Source: an uncultured Thiobacillus sp. (GTDB taxonomy: Bacteria > Pseudomonadota > Gammaproteobacteria > Burkholderiales > Thiobacillaceae). Taken from it: a stretch of DNA of 40,000 nucleotides. The stretch is from positions 212,333-252,332 of the forward strand of contig CAZIUC010000002.1 of NCBI GenBank assembly GCA_964542455.1, given 5' to 3'. A model generated the notes under the pieces. The model did no database searches. It was not told the DNA's origin and worked only from the letters and a program-made list of their open reading frames with translations. Both the position numbers and the translations under genes were made by a program. Positions 7,495-16,229 of this stretch are shown here, in pieces (the first letter of the stretch is position 1; each line of letters opens with the position of its first letter).

Positions 7495-7524
7495 CCCGGC
7501 CTCCCCCTTTCGGAGGAGGCCGGG
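7495..7524. terminator. Hairpin between convergent genes (DsrE-like / ompW)
   Basis: cccggcctcc (7495-7504) pairs with ggaggccggg (7515-7524). It lies in the 51-nt gap between the two convergent stops. Confidence 0.5.
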
Positions 7525-7539
7525 GGTCGGTTCATGCGG

Positions 7540-8136
7540 TCAGAAATGCCGCCCCACCGCCAACCCGACCAGCAACGGGTCGAGCGCCAGCGTCTCGATC
7601 TTGGCGCCACCGGCACCCGGCAGTACATCGGTCTTCAAGTAGAACTTCTTCACATCGAAATTAACGAAGTAGTCCTTGTTGACCGCGTAATCGAAACCTA
7701 CCTGGAGCACGCCCCCGGTATCCGCCGGGAAGTCGCGCAGGGTGTTGAACACCGGGCCGTCCTTGTCGAAAAAGATCGTGTGATGAATGCCGGCACCGAC
7801 ATAAGGGCTGAACGTCGATTTGGGCATGAAGTGGTACTGCAACATCAGGTGGAACGGCGCCATGCTGGCCTTGCCCAGGGTTGCCCCGCCAGCCTTGAAG
7901 GTATGCCGCGTGATGCCCGCCGCCGTATTCAGGGCCAGGTTGTCGTTCAGGTAATAAGTCAGATTCAGGATCGGGTTGGTTTCCGTGCTGGCACTCGCCC
8001 CAACGACCGGCGAATCGATGTCCGGGATGACATTGACCAGACCCAGGCTGACATCCAGATTGCCGGCCTGAGCCAGGCCGGTGGAAGCTGCCAGCAATGC
8101 GCACAGCAGCGTAGGGATAAAGATGGACTTGTACAT
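7540..8136 (-). CDS. ompW: OmpW family outer-membrane protein
   Basis: Signal peptide MYKSIFIPTLLCALLAASTGLAQA. OmpW-like blocks SPYVGAGIHHTIFF, VGFDYAVNKDYFVNFDVKK and DPLLVGLAVGRHF at the C-terminus. Confidence 0.8.
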   Translation of the reverse strand: MYKSIFIPTLLCALLAASTGLAQAGNLDVSLGLVNVIPDIDSPVVGASASTETNPILNLTYYLNDNLALNTAAGITRHTFKAGGATLGKASMAPFHLMLQYHFMPKSTFSPYVGAGIHHTIFFDKDGPVFNTLRDFPADTGGVLQVGFDYAVNKDYFVNFDVKKFYLKTDVLPGAGGAKIETLALDPLLVGLAVGRHF

Positions 8137-8373
8137 GGCGACTCCTCGAAGCGATGGGTTGGTTTCCAGCGCCCCACTGCAAGCGAAAGCGCCGAGGAGT
8201 CATTACAGAGGTCAAGGGGAAGTGCGTAAATTGGTGCCAATACGCGGGCAATACCGTATTGATACGGGCTGATAGCGGGTATTTCCGGAGGTATGGGTGG
8301 AGTTACACCAGGCCGGTCGCGCCGGAATGCCGTTATTCCGAGGCCACAGCCAGCCAAGGACGGCAGTGCCCGA

Positions 8374-9072
8374 TCAGGTGGTCAGCGGCAGATGGCCGAC
8401 CTTTACGAAGATCAGGCAGCCGGGTTCGCTGAAGGGGACATGTGCGCTCAGGTGCGGCGAGCGCAGCCAGGTACCGGCCGGGTAGTCGCCGTGCTCATCC
8501 TGGAAGATCCCCTCCAACACGAAAATCTCTTCGCCGCCGTAATGCCGGTGGTACTGGAAGCGGGTGCCGGGGTCCCAATTCACCAAGGCCGTATGCGCCC
8601 CCTCATACTCCCCCAGGGACAGCACCCGCAGGCCGGGCACCAGGCCGGGGTTCCAGACGCGATCACGCGGGCGCAGCACACTATGTTGCAGATCGTGCCG
8701 GGCCAGGTGACCACGCTTGAGGAACAGAGTGCAATCAGTAGCGCTGCTTAGTTGGCCGCTCCAGCCGGGAGGCAGCTTGAGGTAACTGCCCGGCGGAAAA
8801 TCGTCCGGGGAGGTTCCCAGGCCGCCTTCCAATACCAGTATCTCGGCACCGCCGGGATCGCCCTCCCAGATTTGCGCGCCGGCCGGGTAGCGAACGACCT
8901 CGGTGGATGTGGGCTGTTCGCCGCCGCTACGGGCGAGTGGCTTATGGGAGGTGGCGCCGGCCGTGCCATCGCCCCAGGCGAGTTGCCTAGTGTCCAACGC
9001 CACATGGCGGCTTAGATCAGTATGCAATTCCACGAAACATCCTTGATTGATGATTGAACCCAGATTGTCCAT
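8374..9072 (-). CDS. Cupin-domain (ChrR-like bicupin) protein
   Basis: Two cupin-like segments: [11 protein letters not shown]...[11 protein letters not shown] and [33 protein letters not shown]. The start codon lies inside the left arm of the 9055-9204 palindrome. Confidence 0.6.
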   Translation of the reverse strand: MDNLGSIINQGCFVELHTDLSRHVALDTRQLAWGDGTAGATSHKPLARSGGEQPTSTEVVRYPAGAQIWEGDPGGAEILVLEGGLGTSPDDFPPGSYLKLPPGWSGQLSSATDCTLFLKRGHLARHDLQHSVLRPRDRVWNPGLVPGLRVLSLGEYEGAHTALVNWDPGTRFQYHRHYGGEEIFVLEGIFQDEHGDYPAGTWLRSPHLSAHVPFSEPGCLIFVKVGHLPLTT

Positions 9073-9204
9073 TAACCATGGCGACGCCGGAGGCCCGCAT
9101 GTAGCGCAGGCGTCTCGCCTGCTTTGTCCTTCTGATCAGGCCCACGAAGCAGGCGAGACGCCTGCGCTACATGCCTGCCATGGTTAATGGACAATGTGGG
9201 TTCA
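9055..9204. repeat. 150-bp compound palindrome: REP-like core (copy A) nested in 28-bp outer arms
   Basis: Inner arms 9097-9124 and 9147-9174 are perfect 28-bp reverse complements, with loop tgtccttctgatcaggcccacg. Outer arms 9055-9082 and 9177-9204 match 27/28. The right outer arm contains the tonB stop (9202-9204). The left outer arm contains the first 6 codons of the cupin gene. Confidence 0.9.
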
Positions 9205-9948
9205 ATGCTCCAGCCGGTAGGCAATCGGTACGGCCAGCCGGCTTGCCTGGGGAGGCGAGAGATTTTCCGGCAAGGCCAGAATCGCTTCCTGGAACAGCGC
9301 CAGCGCGGCGCGATCCAGAGCGGAGTGGCCACTGCCCTGTTTGATCTCGGCCTCAGCCTGTCCATTCGGGTGGATCAGCGCCTCCAGCAACACCACCCCT
9401 TCCTGGCCCATGCGTCGCGCAACCAGCGGATAGCGTTTGAGTTCCGTCAACTTGGCGGTAAGGGCGGCATACCAGCGGCGCTGAACCTCGGCATCGACAC
9501 GAGGGGGCGGGGCCTGCGCGGGTTTGGGCGGCGCCGCTTCCACGACCGGAGCCGGCGGCGCGGCGGCGACATGGCGAATCTCGGGAATGGGCGTGGCCGT
9601 TGCGGCCACGGTGGGCACCGAGACGGGAGCGGGACTCGCGGCCGCGACTGGAACCACCGGCTCCGGCGCGGCAACCGGGGCGGCAGGTGTAGGCACCGGT
9701 ACCGGTGCCGGTGCGGGCTGCGGCGTGGGTACGCGAGCCGGTAACGAAGCGGCGACCGCCCGCGGTGGTGGCGCGGTAGCGACCGGTGGCGGCGCCGGCG
9801 CGGCCCGTTCCAGCGGCGGAGGGGGGAGCAAGGCGACTTCCCAGCGCATCGGCGCCGCCTGCTGGGCAGCCGGCGCGGTGAGCGCGAACAGGAACGCCAG
9901 CAGCAGGCAGTGGATGGCCAGTGAGAGCGCCCAGTTGGGTTTAGTCAT
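9202..9948 (-). CDS. tonB: TonB energy-transducer protein
   Basis: N-terminal membrane anchor, a long Pro/Ala-rich spacer, and a C-terminal TonB_C block YPLVARRMGQEGVVLLEALIHPNGQAEAEIKQGSGHSALDRAAL. It follows exbB and exbD. Confidence 0.85.
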   Translation of the reverse strand: MTKPNWALSLAIHCLLLAFLFALTAPAAQQAAPMRWEVALLPPPPLERAAPAPPPVATAPPPRAVAASLPARVPTPQPAPAPVPVPTPAAPVAAPEPVVPVAAASPAPVSVPTVAATATPIPEIRHVAAAPPAPVVEAAPPKPAQAPPPRVDAEVQRRWYAALTAKLTELKRYPLVARRMGQEGVVLLEALIHPNGQAEAEIKQGSGHSALDRAALALFQEAILALPENLSPPQASRLAVPIAYRLEH

Positions 9949-9960
9949 GCGGCTACCCGC

Positions 9961-10329
9961 CTATTTCCGGGCAACTTCCAGGCTCACCTGGGTGAAGCCC
10001 AGGTTTTTGACCCGATCCACCAGGCTGATGAATTCGCGCAGCGCCAGGCCGCCATCGGCACGCACCACCACCGGCACCTGGCGCCCGGTTCCGGCCAGCG
10101 CGGCAGCCAGATCAGTGACCGGCTGGTCGTTGAGATAAACGAGCCGGTGCAGGGTCAGGGTCAGGATCACCGCCGTCTCCTGGCGCGGCGCGGCATGGTG
10201 GGCGCGGGCCAGATCGACCGGAATGCGGCCGGTGGCGATGAAGGTGGCGGTAGTGAGCACGATGGTGAGCAGCACCAGCATCACGTCCACCAGCGGCACG
10301 ACGTTGATGGAGTCGATGTCCTCATCCAT
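9961..10329 (-). CDS. exbD: ExbD/TolR biopolymer transport protein
   Basis: INVVPLVDVMLVLLTIVL membrane helix and ExbD-like periplasmic domain. It overlaps exbB. Confidence 0.85.
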   Translation of the reverse strand: MDEDIDSINVVPLVDVMLVLLTIVLTTATFIATGRIPVDLARAHHAAPRQETAVILTLTLHRLVYLNDQPVTDLAAALAGTGRQVPVVVRADGGLALREFISLVDRVKNLGFTQVSLEVARK

Positions 10330-10759
10330 GCTGGGCGCGCTCCCTGGCCGCGTCGAATTCCGCCAGTTTTTCCCTTACCCGACGGCGCAGGGCGTTGTTC
10401 AGGGCGACGCAGGGAATCGCCACCAGCAGGCCGGCGGCGGTGGCCTTCAAGGCCAGGGCCAGGCCGGTCATGATGCTTTTCACGTCCATATCGCCGCTGG
10501 CACCCATGCTCTGGAACGTCAACATGATGCCCAGCACCGTGCCCAGCAGGCCGATGTAGGGGGCGTTGGCGGCCACCGTGCCGATGACCGTGAGGCCTCG
10601 GGTCAGATCGGTTTCCAGCTCCACCCGGGTGGTGAAGTCGGCCACCCGCACTTGGCGATAGTGGCCGTAGCGGCCCAGCGCCACCGCCACCGCCCAGATC
10701 GACAAAGCCAGCAGCAGGCCGATGACACCGTATTCCACGACTGCTTTCATGGCGTCCAT
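10322..10759 (-). CDS. exbB: ExbB/MotA/TolQ proton-channel protein
   Basis: APYIGLLGTVLGIMLTF and ALKATAAGLLVAIP motifs typical of the MotA/TolQ/ExbB family. Confidence 0.85.
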   Translation of the reverse strand: MDAMKAVVEYGVIGLLLALSIWAVAVALGRYGHYRQVRVADFTTRVELETDLTRGLTVIGTVAANAPYIGLLGTVLGIMLTFQSMGASGDMDVKSIMTGLALALKATAAGLLVAIPCVALNNALRRRVREKLAEFDAARERAQHG

Positions 10760-10778
10760 GGGGTTCCTTTGTTCAGGG

Positions 10779-11237
10779 TTATTTCAGGTTTTCTGTCATC
10801 CACGTGGCGAGCAGGGCTTCACCCACCATGCCGGCCACAGCGCGCGAGCGATGCGCGGCGTCGAAGAAATAGGTACGCGGCAGTTCGCCGCGCCATCTAC
10901 GATCCACGGCGAAGCGCACCCGTTCCGGCATGGTGTCGGCGAAGCTCCACTGGCTGGCGGGGTCCAGACCAATTTCGGCCAGACGAGCGGCCACCGCCGG
11001 GGCGAGTTCCGGCGCATCGGTCGCCACCAGCACCAGGGGCAGCGCGGGGTTCGCCTTGATCTGGCGCGCGAAGCTGCTCAATTCCGCCTGGCAATGACTG
11101 CACTCCAGGGACCAGAACGCCAGGATGTAGGGCTTGCCCGCGTAACGCTGGGCCAGCGCGGCGGGCGTGGTGGCGTCGAAAGGCCGCGGCAGGCCGGCCG
11201 CGCGGCATGGTATTGCCAGCAAGACCAGGCACAGCAA
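10779..11237 (-). CDS. TlpA/ResA-like thioredoxin-fold redoxin (CxxC = CSHC), exported
   Basis: GKPYILAFWSLECSHCQAEL thioredoxin motif, preceded by a hydrophobic leader FLLCLVLLAIPCRAAG. The ORF-track start (11480) translates repeat DNA. I place the start at TTG 11237, but any in-frame start from 11237 up to ATG 11426 is possible. Confidence 0.6.
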   Translation of the reverse strand: MLCLVLLAIPCRAAGLPRPFDATTPAALAQRYAGKPYILAFWSLECSHCQAELSSFARQIKANPALPLVLVATDAPELAPAVAARLAEIGLDPASQWSFADTMPERVRFAVDRRWRGELPRTYFFDAAHRSRAVAGMVGEALLATWMTENLK

Positions 11238-11290
11238 AAAGGCGCTTCTCTTGAATGCCGAGGATAAGAGTGGAAACGCCTGAGCGAGTG

Positions 11291-11430
11291 CCCTCCCCCT
11301 TTTCCAAAGGGGGATTGAGGGGTACCGAAGGGTAGGGGCTTCATCAGATTGTTCCAAGGGTGGCGCATGTGCTCGCGTCGGCAAATCCCCCCTCGCCCCC
11401 CTTTGGGAAAGGGGGGAACCTCGCATGTTG
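11291..11430. repeat. G/C-tract hairpin (MITE-like) repeat family, two partial copies
   Basis: cccccttttccaaaggggg (11295-11313) with a flanking gattgagggg, and aaatcccccctcgcccccctttgggaaagggggg (11385-11416). These are homologous to the ends of the elements at 18520-18672 and 26070-26360. Confidence 0.8.
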
Positions 11431-11476
11431 GCGTCATCAACAATTGCGGGAAGCGCCAACAAGAACCCGCCGATAT

Positions 11477-12649
11477 TCATATTTTTCCCTCCGGCAAAGG
11501 CAGGGCTCGCAGCCCTTCCCGTTCGCTGTTCCAGACCAGCCAGGGTTCTCCGTGGCGGGCGATGAGGAGTGGGTAATCGGAAGGGCCATCGCTACCAAGC
11601 AGGCGGCGCGGGGCGGCCCAGGTCTGACCGGCGTCTTCTGAACGCCGGATCCAGACGCTGTAGGCCTTGCCATCGAATTCCCGCCAGGCGAGCACCACCG
11701 TGTTGCCGCCGGCGAGGACGGCGGGATGGCCGGCCTGGGCGTCGTCGTCACCAAACTTGACCGGCTCGCTCAGCGCATCGCCGTCCAGGTAGCGGTAGAA
11801 CAGACCCTGGCGGGTCTTGCCCTGGGTGTACCAGACCAGATGCATCCTTCCCCGCTCATCCGCCGCCAGCGCGCCGCCGTGGTGTGGACAGCCGGCCAGC
11901 TGCCACTGGTCGTCGCTCACCCGGCGCGGTGGCGCGGCGGCATCCAGCGAGGTCAAGGCGAAGTCACGGATGTTGCCCGGATAGACGTGGCGCCATAGCA
12001 CCAAAGGCTGTTCACCTTGCCAGGCCAGGGCGACGCGGCAGCATTCGCAGGTGCTTTCCACCGCGCGCCGGTTGGGCGCGAAGTGCGCGCCGGCATCTTC
12101 GGAAACCGCGTAGTACAGCGAAATGCCTGGCGTCTTGCCGCCCACCGCCTCGGCCGCCTTGCGCTCGCGCCCGTCCAGCCAGGCCAGCACCACCCGATTA
12201 CCACGCACCAGCAGGCTCTCGAAACGGTGGCTGACTTCACCGCTATCGTCGTTGATGGTCACGGGCGCCGCATAGCTCTTGCCGCCATCAATGGAACGAC
12301 TGTAGCGGACATGGCCGGTGTAGGGCTTGGGCAGGCTGACCGTCCAGCTCACATGCACCACGCCGTCAGGCGCCACGGCGATTTTCGGACGGTTCTCACC
12401 ATCGGCGGCAATGGCCTCGGGCTCGGTATTGACCTGGCTCGCCGCGCCGAAGCTGACACCGCCGTCGTCGGATCTTGCCACCCAGACATGGCGCCGCTCC
12501 ACCCGCGCCAGCCAGAGACGTCCCTGATCATCGAAACTGGCGGACACCGCCAGCGGCTTCTCCACCTGCATCCGTGCCGCCCACATGCCGCCGGGCGTGG
12601 CCCAGGCGGCGGGTACAAGCAGGAAAAAGATCAGGGCCAGCCTCACCAT
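11477..12649 (-). CDS. BNR/Asp-box repeat beta-propeller (sialidase-fold) protein, exported
   Basis: Signal peptide MVRLALIFFLLVPAAWA. Four Asp-boxes: SDDGGVSF, SIDGGKSY, SEDAGAHF, SEDAGQTW. Also carries CECC and GCPHHG patches. Confidence 0.7.
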   Translation of the reverse strand: MVRLALIFFLLVPAAWATPGGMWAARMQVEKPLAVSASFDDQGRLWLARVERRHVWVARSDDGGVSFGAASQVNTEPEAIAADGENRPKIAVAPDGVVHVSWTVSLPKPYTGHVRYSRSIDGGKSYAAPVTINDDSGEVSHRFESLLVRGNRVVLAWLDGRERKAAEAVGGKTPGISLYYAVSEDAGAHFAPNRRAVESTCECCRVALAWQGEQPLVLWRHVYPGNIRDFALTSLDAAAPPRRVSDDQWQLAGCPHHGGALAADERGRMHLVWYTQGKTRQGLFYRYLDGDALSEPVKFGDDDAQAGHPAVLAGGNTVVLAWREFDGKAYSVWIRRSEDAGQTWAAPRRLLGSDGPSDYPLLIARHGEPWLVWNSEREGLRALPLPEGKI

Positions 12650-14772
12650 TTCGCCTCCAGCCCCAGGGTCAGGGTACGCGGCAAGCCGGGAGAAAAGACC
12701 TGGGTATTGGAGGAGATGGAGGCGCTTTCGGCGAAGCGCTTATCGGTCAGATTCTGAACGCTGCCGAACAACGAAATGTCATTGCCCAAAGCCCAGTTGC
12801 CGCGCAGGTTGAACAGGTCATGGCCGGCATATTTGGCGGTGTTGGCCTGATTCATCCAGTAACCGCCGAGATGGATCCATTCCAGTTGCACCCGAGTTCC
12901 CGGCGTCGGCAGCCACGACAAGCGGGTATTGGCGATGGCGCGGGGCGCGGTCTCCATCTCGTTGCCGCTGTAGTTCGCGGTGGCGGGGATCACCCATTCC
13001 TCGTAGGTGTGCTTGGCGTAGGAAGCGGACAGGTCGAGATGGAATTGTTTACCCATGGGAATACCCAGGCCCACTTCCAGACCACGGTGCCGGGTCTCAC
13101 CGGCATTCACCACCTGAGTCACATTGGTGGTGGTATCCCGGTAACTGAGAATGTCATCGTGCTTGGCCAGGTCGTACAGCGATACCTCATAACCGAGCCC
13201 GCCGGCTTTGCCTTTCAGGCCGATCTCATATTGATCCGCTTTAACCGGCTTCAGGCCCAGGGTGGCCTGTGCGTTGCCCTGTGCGATGAGTGCCGTTGTG
13301 CCGGGGGATGAGCGGAACAGCTGGCCTTCGGAAGGCGCCCGGAAAGCGTGGTTGTAGGACGCAAACAGATGCAGGTTCTTGTCCACGGCGTAGGTGGCGC
13401 CCAGTTTCGGGCTCAGATGGGTGAAGCTCACGGTGGTATCGGCCGCCTGGCCGTAATACCTCGTCACCGCCGCGCCGCCGTTTTCGCTGGTGCTGGCGGC
13501 CACCGAGGTGGCGGCGATATTGTTGTCGAAGCGATAGCGCAGGTTGTCGTAACGCAGGCCGGCGTTGAGCCGCAGCTTGTCGCTGGGTGAGAACTCGCCG
13601 TGCACATAAGGCGAAGCGCCCATGAAGGTGACGTCGTAGTCGTACACCCGAGTGCCGACGCTATAGCCGCTGTAGACCTTGGAAGCGCCGGCGCCGCTGG
13701 TGGTCAGCGTCGCCAGGCGGTTTTCCTCGCGGCTGCCGGGGCTGATATCTATGTCCATGCCGGCGATCAGGCGCGCCCGCATCCGTGGGAAATCGCGCCG
13801 CCATTTGGCCAACACGCCGAAAGACTGGTTGGCGCTGGTGTAGACCGTCGGGTCGTAGCTCAAGGACCAGTTGGCCAGCAGTTCCATGCTGTTGTCGCGC
13901 AGGAAGGGAGTGATCGACACCAGGGTGTCGCCGCTTTCCTTCTCCCAGGCGCTGGACAGGCGCAGGGCATCCACCTTGCGGTAGGAAATGGGGGTGTAGT
14001 TGCGGGTGGGATTGTTGCGGTAATCGTTGTCGACGATGGCCGAACTCCCCGCGGTCTGCTGGTCGATGTGGGAATAGCCCAGCACGGTCTTCAGCAGGGC
14101 GTCGTCACCCATGGCCCGGTCCCAGCGCAGGGTGGCACCCTGCCGATCGTAGCCGGTGGCGTCGCGCCAGCCGTCGCTATGGGTGAAATTGAGATCGGCC
14201 CGCGCCGCGTTCTCGCCCCAGCTGTTGCCGCCACCCAGCAACGCGCGCCACCAACCGTGATCGCCCAGTTCACCGCTGGCGCTGATTTCGGCTTTGGCCG
14301 GCGGAGTGCGGGTAAGCACATTGACCACGCCGGCGATGGCGTCGGAACCATACAAGGCGGTACCCGGCCCCTTGTTGACCTCGATGCCGCCGGCACCGGG
14401 CAGATTGATCTCATACAGCGCGTTGTGGTTGAAGAAGCCGGTGGAGCGGGTGGGAATGCCGTCCTCCAAAAAGAGATACACCGGGTTGGTGGTCAAGGGT
14501 TGGCGAATGGCGGTCATATGGCCCTCCCCCCCCGTGACGTTGACCCAGACGCCGGGCACCTGGCTCATGACCTGTGCGGGATGGCTGGGCTTGCCCTGGC
14601 TCAGGCTGTCGCCGTTGATGATGCCGATGCTGGCGGGGGTTTCCGCCAGGGACTGGCCTTCACGGGTGCCGGTGACCGTGATTTCGCCCAGCGTGGCGGT
14701 TTCGGCATGAAGGGGAGTGGCGCAGGCGCACAGCGCAAAAAACGCCAGACCATGCCTGGATGGGGGTGTCAT
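12643..14772 (-). CDS. TonB-dependent outer-membrane receptor (substrate unknown; context suggests copper or another metal)
   Basis: AGGAGA RBS before ATG 14772; the ORF-track start at 14808 is 12 codons upstream. Signal peptide MTPPSRHGLAFFALCACATPLHA. TonB-box-like TLGEITVTG. Plug block GPGTALYGSDAIAGVVNVLTR. Long beta-barrel region ending LTLGLEAKW. Confidence 0.85.
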   Translation of the reverse strand: MTPPSRHGLAFFALCACATPLHAETATLGEITVTGTREGQSLAETPASIGIINGDSLSQGKPSHPAQVMSQVPGVWVNVTGGEGHMTAIRQPLTTNPVYLFLEDGIPTRSTGFFNHNALYEINLPGAGGIEVNKGPGTALYGSDAIAGVVNVLTRTPPAKAEISASGELGDHGWWRALLGGGNSWGENAARADLNFTHSDGWRDATGYDRQGATLRWDRAMGDDALLKTVLGYSHIDQQTAGSSAIVDNDYRNNPTRNYTPISYRKVDALRLSSAWEKESGDTLVSITPFLRDNSMELLANWSLSYDPTVYTSANQSFGVLAKWRRDFPRMRARLIAGMDIDISPGSREENRLATLTTSGAGASKVYSGYSVGTRVYDYDVTFMGASPYVHGEFSPSDKLRLNAGLRYDNLRYRFDNNIAATSVAASTSENGGAAVTRYYGQAADTTVSFTHLSPKLGATYAVDKNLHLFASYNHAFRAPSEGQLFRSSPGTTALIAQGNAQATLGLKPVKADQYEIGLKGKAGGLGYEVSLYDLAKHDDILSYRDTTTNVTQVVNAGETRHRGLEVGLGIPMGKQFHLDLSASYAKHTYEEWVIPATANYSGNEMETAPRAIANTRLSWLPTPGTRVQLEWIHLGGYWMNQANTAKYAGHDLFNLRGNWALGNDISLFGSVQNLTDKRFAESASISSNTQVFSPGLPRTLTLGLEAKW

Positions 14773-14953
14773 GACTTCTCCTATCGCGTCCTTGTTGGTG
14801 CGGTCCACCCGAACGGGATCGCCGGGCGGTAGCCACCCCTGGGCGGAGCGGCGGCGGGAGCGGCGCGGTACTGGTCGCGCGCGCGAGTGCGCAATTTAGA
14901 GAAAAAGCCTAACGGACACGATGCGGCAAATTGTCGCGGCCGAAGTGGCCTTC

Positions 14954-15388
14954 TCAGTCTCCGGACGCCCGCGCTTCCAGAAGCACGGGAATGGTTTGCC
15001 CGCCACCTTTCGCGTTTTTGACGGTCAGCGTCAGCGGCACCTTGTCACCGGCTTTGATCGGCGCCTTGAGGCCGATCAGCATGACGTGCATGCCACCCGG
15101 TTCCAGGCTGACCGGGGTGCCCCCGGGCAGGTCGATCTTCTCCAGTTCGCGCATTTCCATCATGCCGTCCGCCATGCGCATGAAATGCAGTTCCACCACG
15201 CGCGCGGCGGGCGAGGCCGCTTTTACCAGGGTCATGTCGGCATCGGCGGTGAGCTTCATGAAGGCGCCGACCACTTTCTGGCCGGGCACGGCTGGGCGCA
15301 CCCAGGCGCCCTCAACCCTGACTTCGGCGGCCTGGGCCAGGACCGAGAGCGACAGGGCGGCGAGCAATAGACCAGTACGAATTTGCAT
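14954..15388 (-). CDS. PCu(A)C periplasmic copper chaperone (DUF461 family)
   Basis: Signal peptide, then VEGAWVRP and the H-x(n)-M ... M-H-x-M signature: ELHFMRMADGMMEM ... PGGMHVML. It starts 4 nt after the folP-like stop, and its AAGGAA RBS lies inside the folP 3' end. Confidence 0.8.
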   Translation of the reverse strand: MQIRTGLLLAALSLSVLAQAAEVRVEGAWVRPAVPGQKVVGAFMKLTADADMTLVKAASPAARVVELHFMRMADGMMEMRELEKIDLPGGTPVSLEPGGMHVMLIGLKAPIKAGDKVPLTLTVKNAKGGGQTIPVLLEARASGD

Positions 15389-15392
15389 GTTG

Positions 15393-16229
15393 TTATTCCT
15401 TTAAATGGAAATTCAGGTCGCCCAGAACTTCCTGGACTTTCAAGGCATCGACCGTCGCCGCGACGTCATGCGCGCGCACGATCGCCGCGCCGCGCGCCAC
15501 CGCGAGCAGGGCCGCCGCGACGCTGGCGATCGAGCGATCCGCTGTCGCGCGGCCGATGAGCTTGCCGAACAGGGATTTGCGCGAGACGCCGATCAACAGC
15601 GGCGCGTGCGGCGTGAAACGCGCCAGGGCGCGGAACAGGGCGATGTTCTGCGCCGTGGTCTTGCCGAATCCGAAACCCGGATCGAGCATCACCCGCTCCG
15701 GCGCGATGCCGGCCCTGAGAGCCGCCTCCAGGCGCTCGATCAGGAAGGCCTCGACTTCGCCGACCACGTCGTCGTACTCGGGAGCGATCTGCATCGTTTG
15801 CGGCGTGCCCCGCATGTGCATCAGGCAGATGCCGCAAGCGGACGCGGCCACGATTTCGAGCGCACCGGGCGCGCGCAACGCATTGACGTCGTTGACCATG
15901 TCGACGCCGGCCGCCAGGGCGGCGGCCATCACCTCCGGCTTCATGGTGTCGATGGACAGGGCGGCGCCGCAATCGCGCAATCCGGCCAACACCGGCAGCA
16001 CCCGATCCAGTTCCTCTTGCTGCGGCACCGGTGTGGCGCCGGGCCGGGTCGATTCGCCGCCGATGTCGAGGATGTCCGCGCCCTCGGCGCGCAGCCGCAG
16101 GCCGTGTTCGATGGCCGCTTCGGCGGAAGCGTGGCGGCCGCCGTCGGAAAAGGAGTCGGGCGTCACATTGACGATGCCCATCACCAGCGGGCGATCCAGA
16201 GTGAAGCGGAAGCGGCCGCAGTGAAACAT
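15393..16229 (-). CDS. folP: Dihydropteroate synthase family protein (possibly the H4MPT-pathway paralogue)
   Basis: MGIVNVTPDSFSDGG, ADILDIGGESTRPG, DPGFGFGKT and LIGVSRKS are hallmark DHPS blocks. Its position at the end of the fhc operon suggests, by inference only, a methanopterin-related role. Confidence 0.8.
   Translation of the reverse strand: MFHCGRFRFTLDRPLVMGIVNVTPDSFSDGGRHASAEAAIEHGLRLRAEGADILDIGGESTRPGATPVPQQEELDRVLPVLAGLRDCGAALSIDTMKPEVMAAALAAGVDMVNDVNALRAPGALEIVAASACGICLMHMRGTPQTMQIAPEYDDVVGEVEAFLIERLEAALRAGIAPERVMLDPGFGFGKTTAQNIALFRALARFTPHAPLLIGVSRKSLFGKLIGRATADRSIASVAAALLAVARGAAIVRAHDVAATVDALKVQEVLGDLNFHLKE

Noticed and set aside
9187-9744. 185-aa plus-strand ORF beginning MDNVGS
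   Set aside because: Its first six codons are the mirror image of the cupin start (MDNLGS), created by the 28-bp outer arm of the palindrome. The rest is antisense to tonB.
14809-14953. Possible riboswitch (for example cobalamin) in the leader of the TonB-dependent receptor
   Set aside because: The leader is only about 145-180 nt. I could find neither a B12-box-like core nor other conserved riboswitch cores. A covariance-model scan would be needed to exclude one formally.
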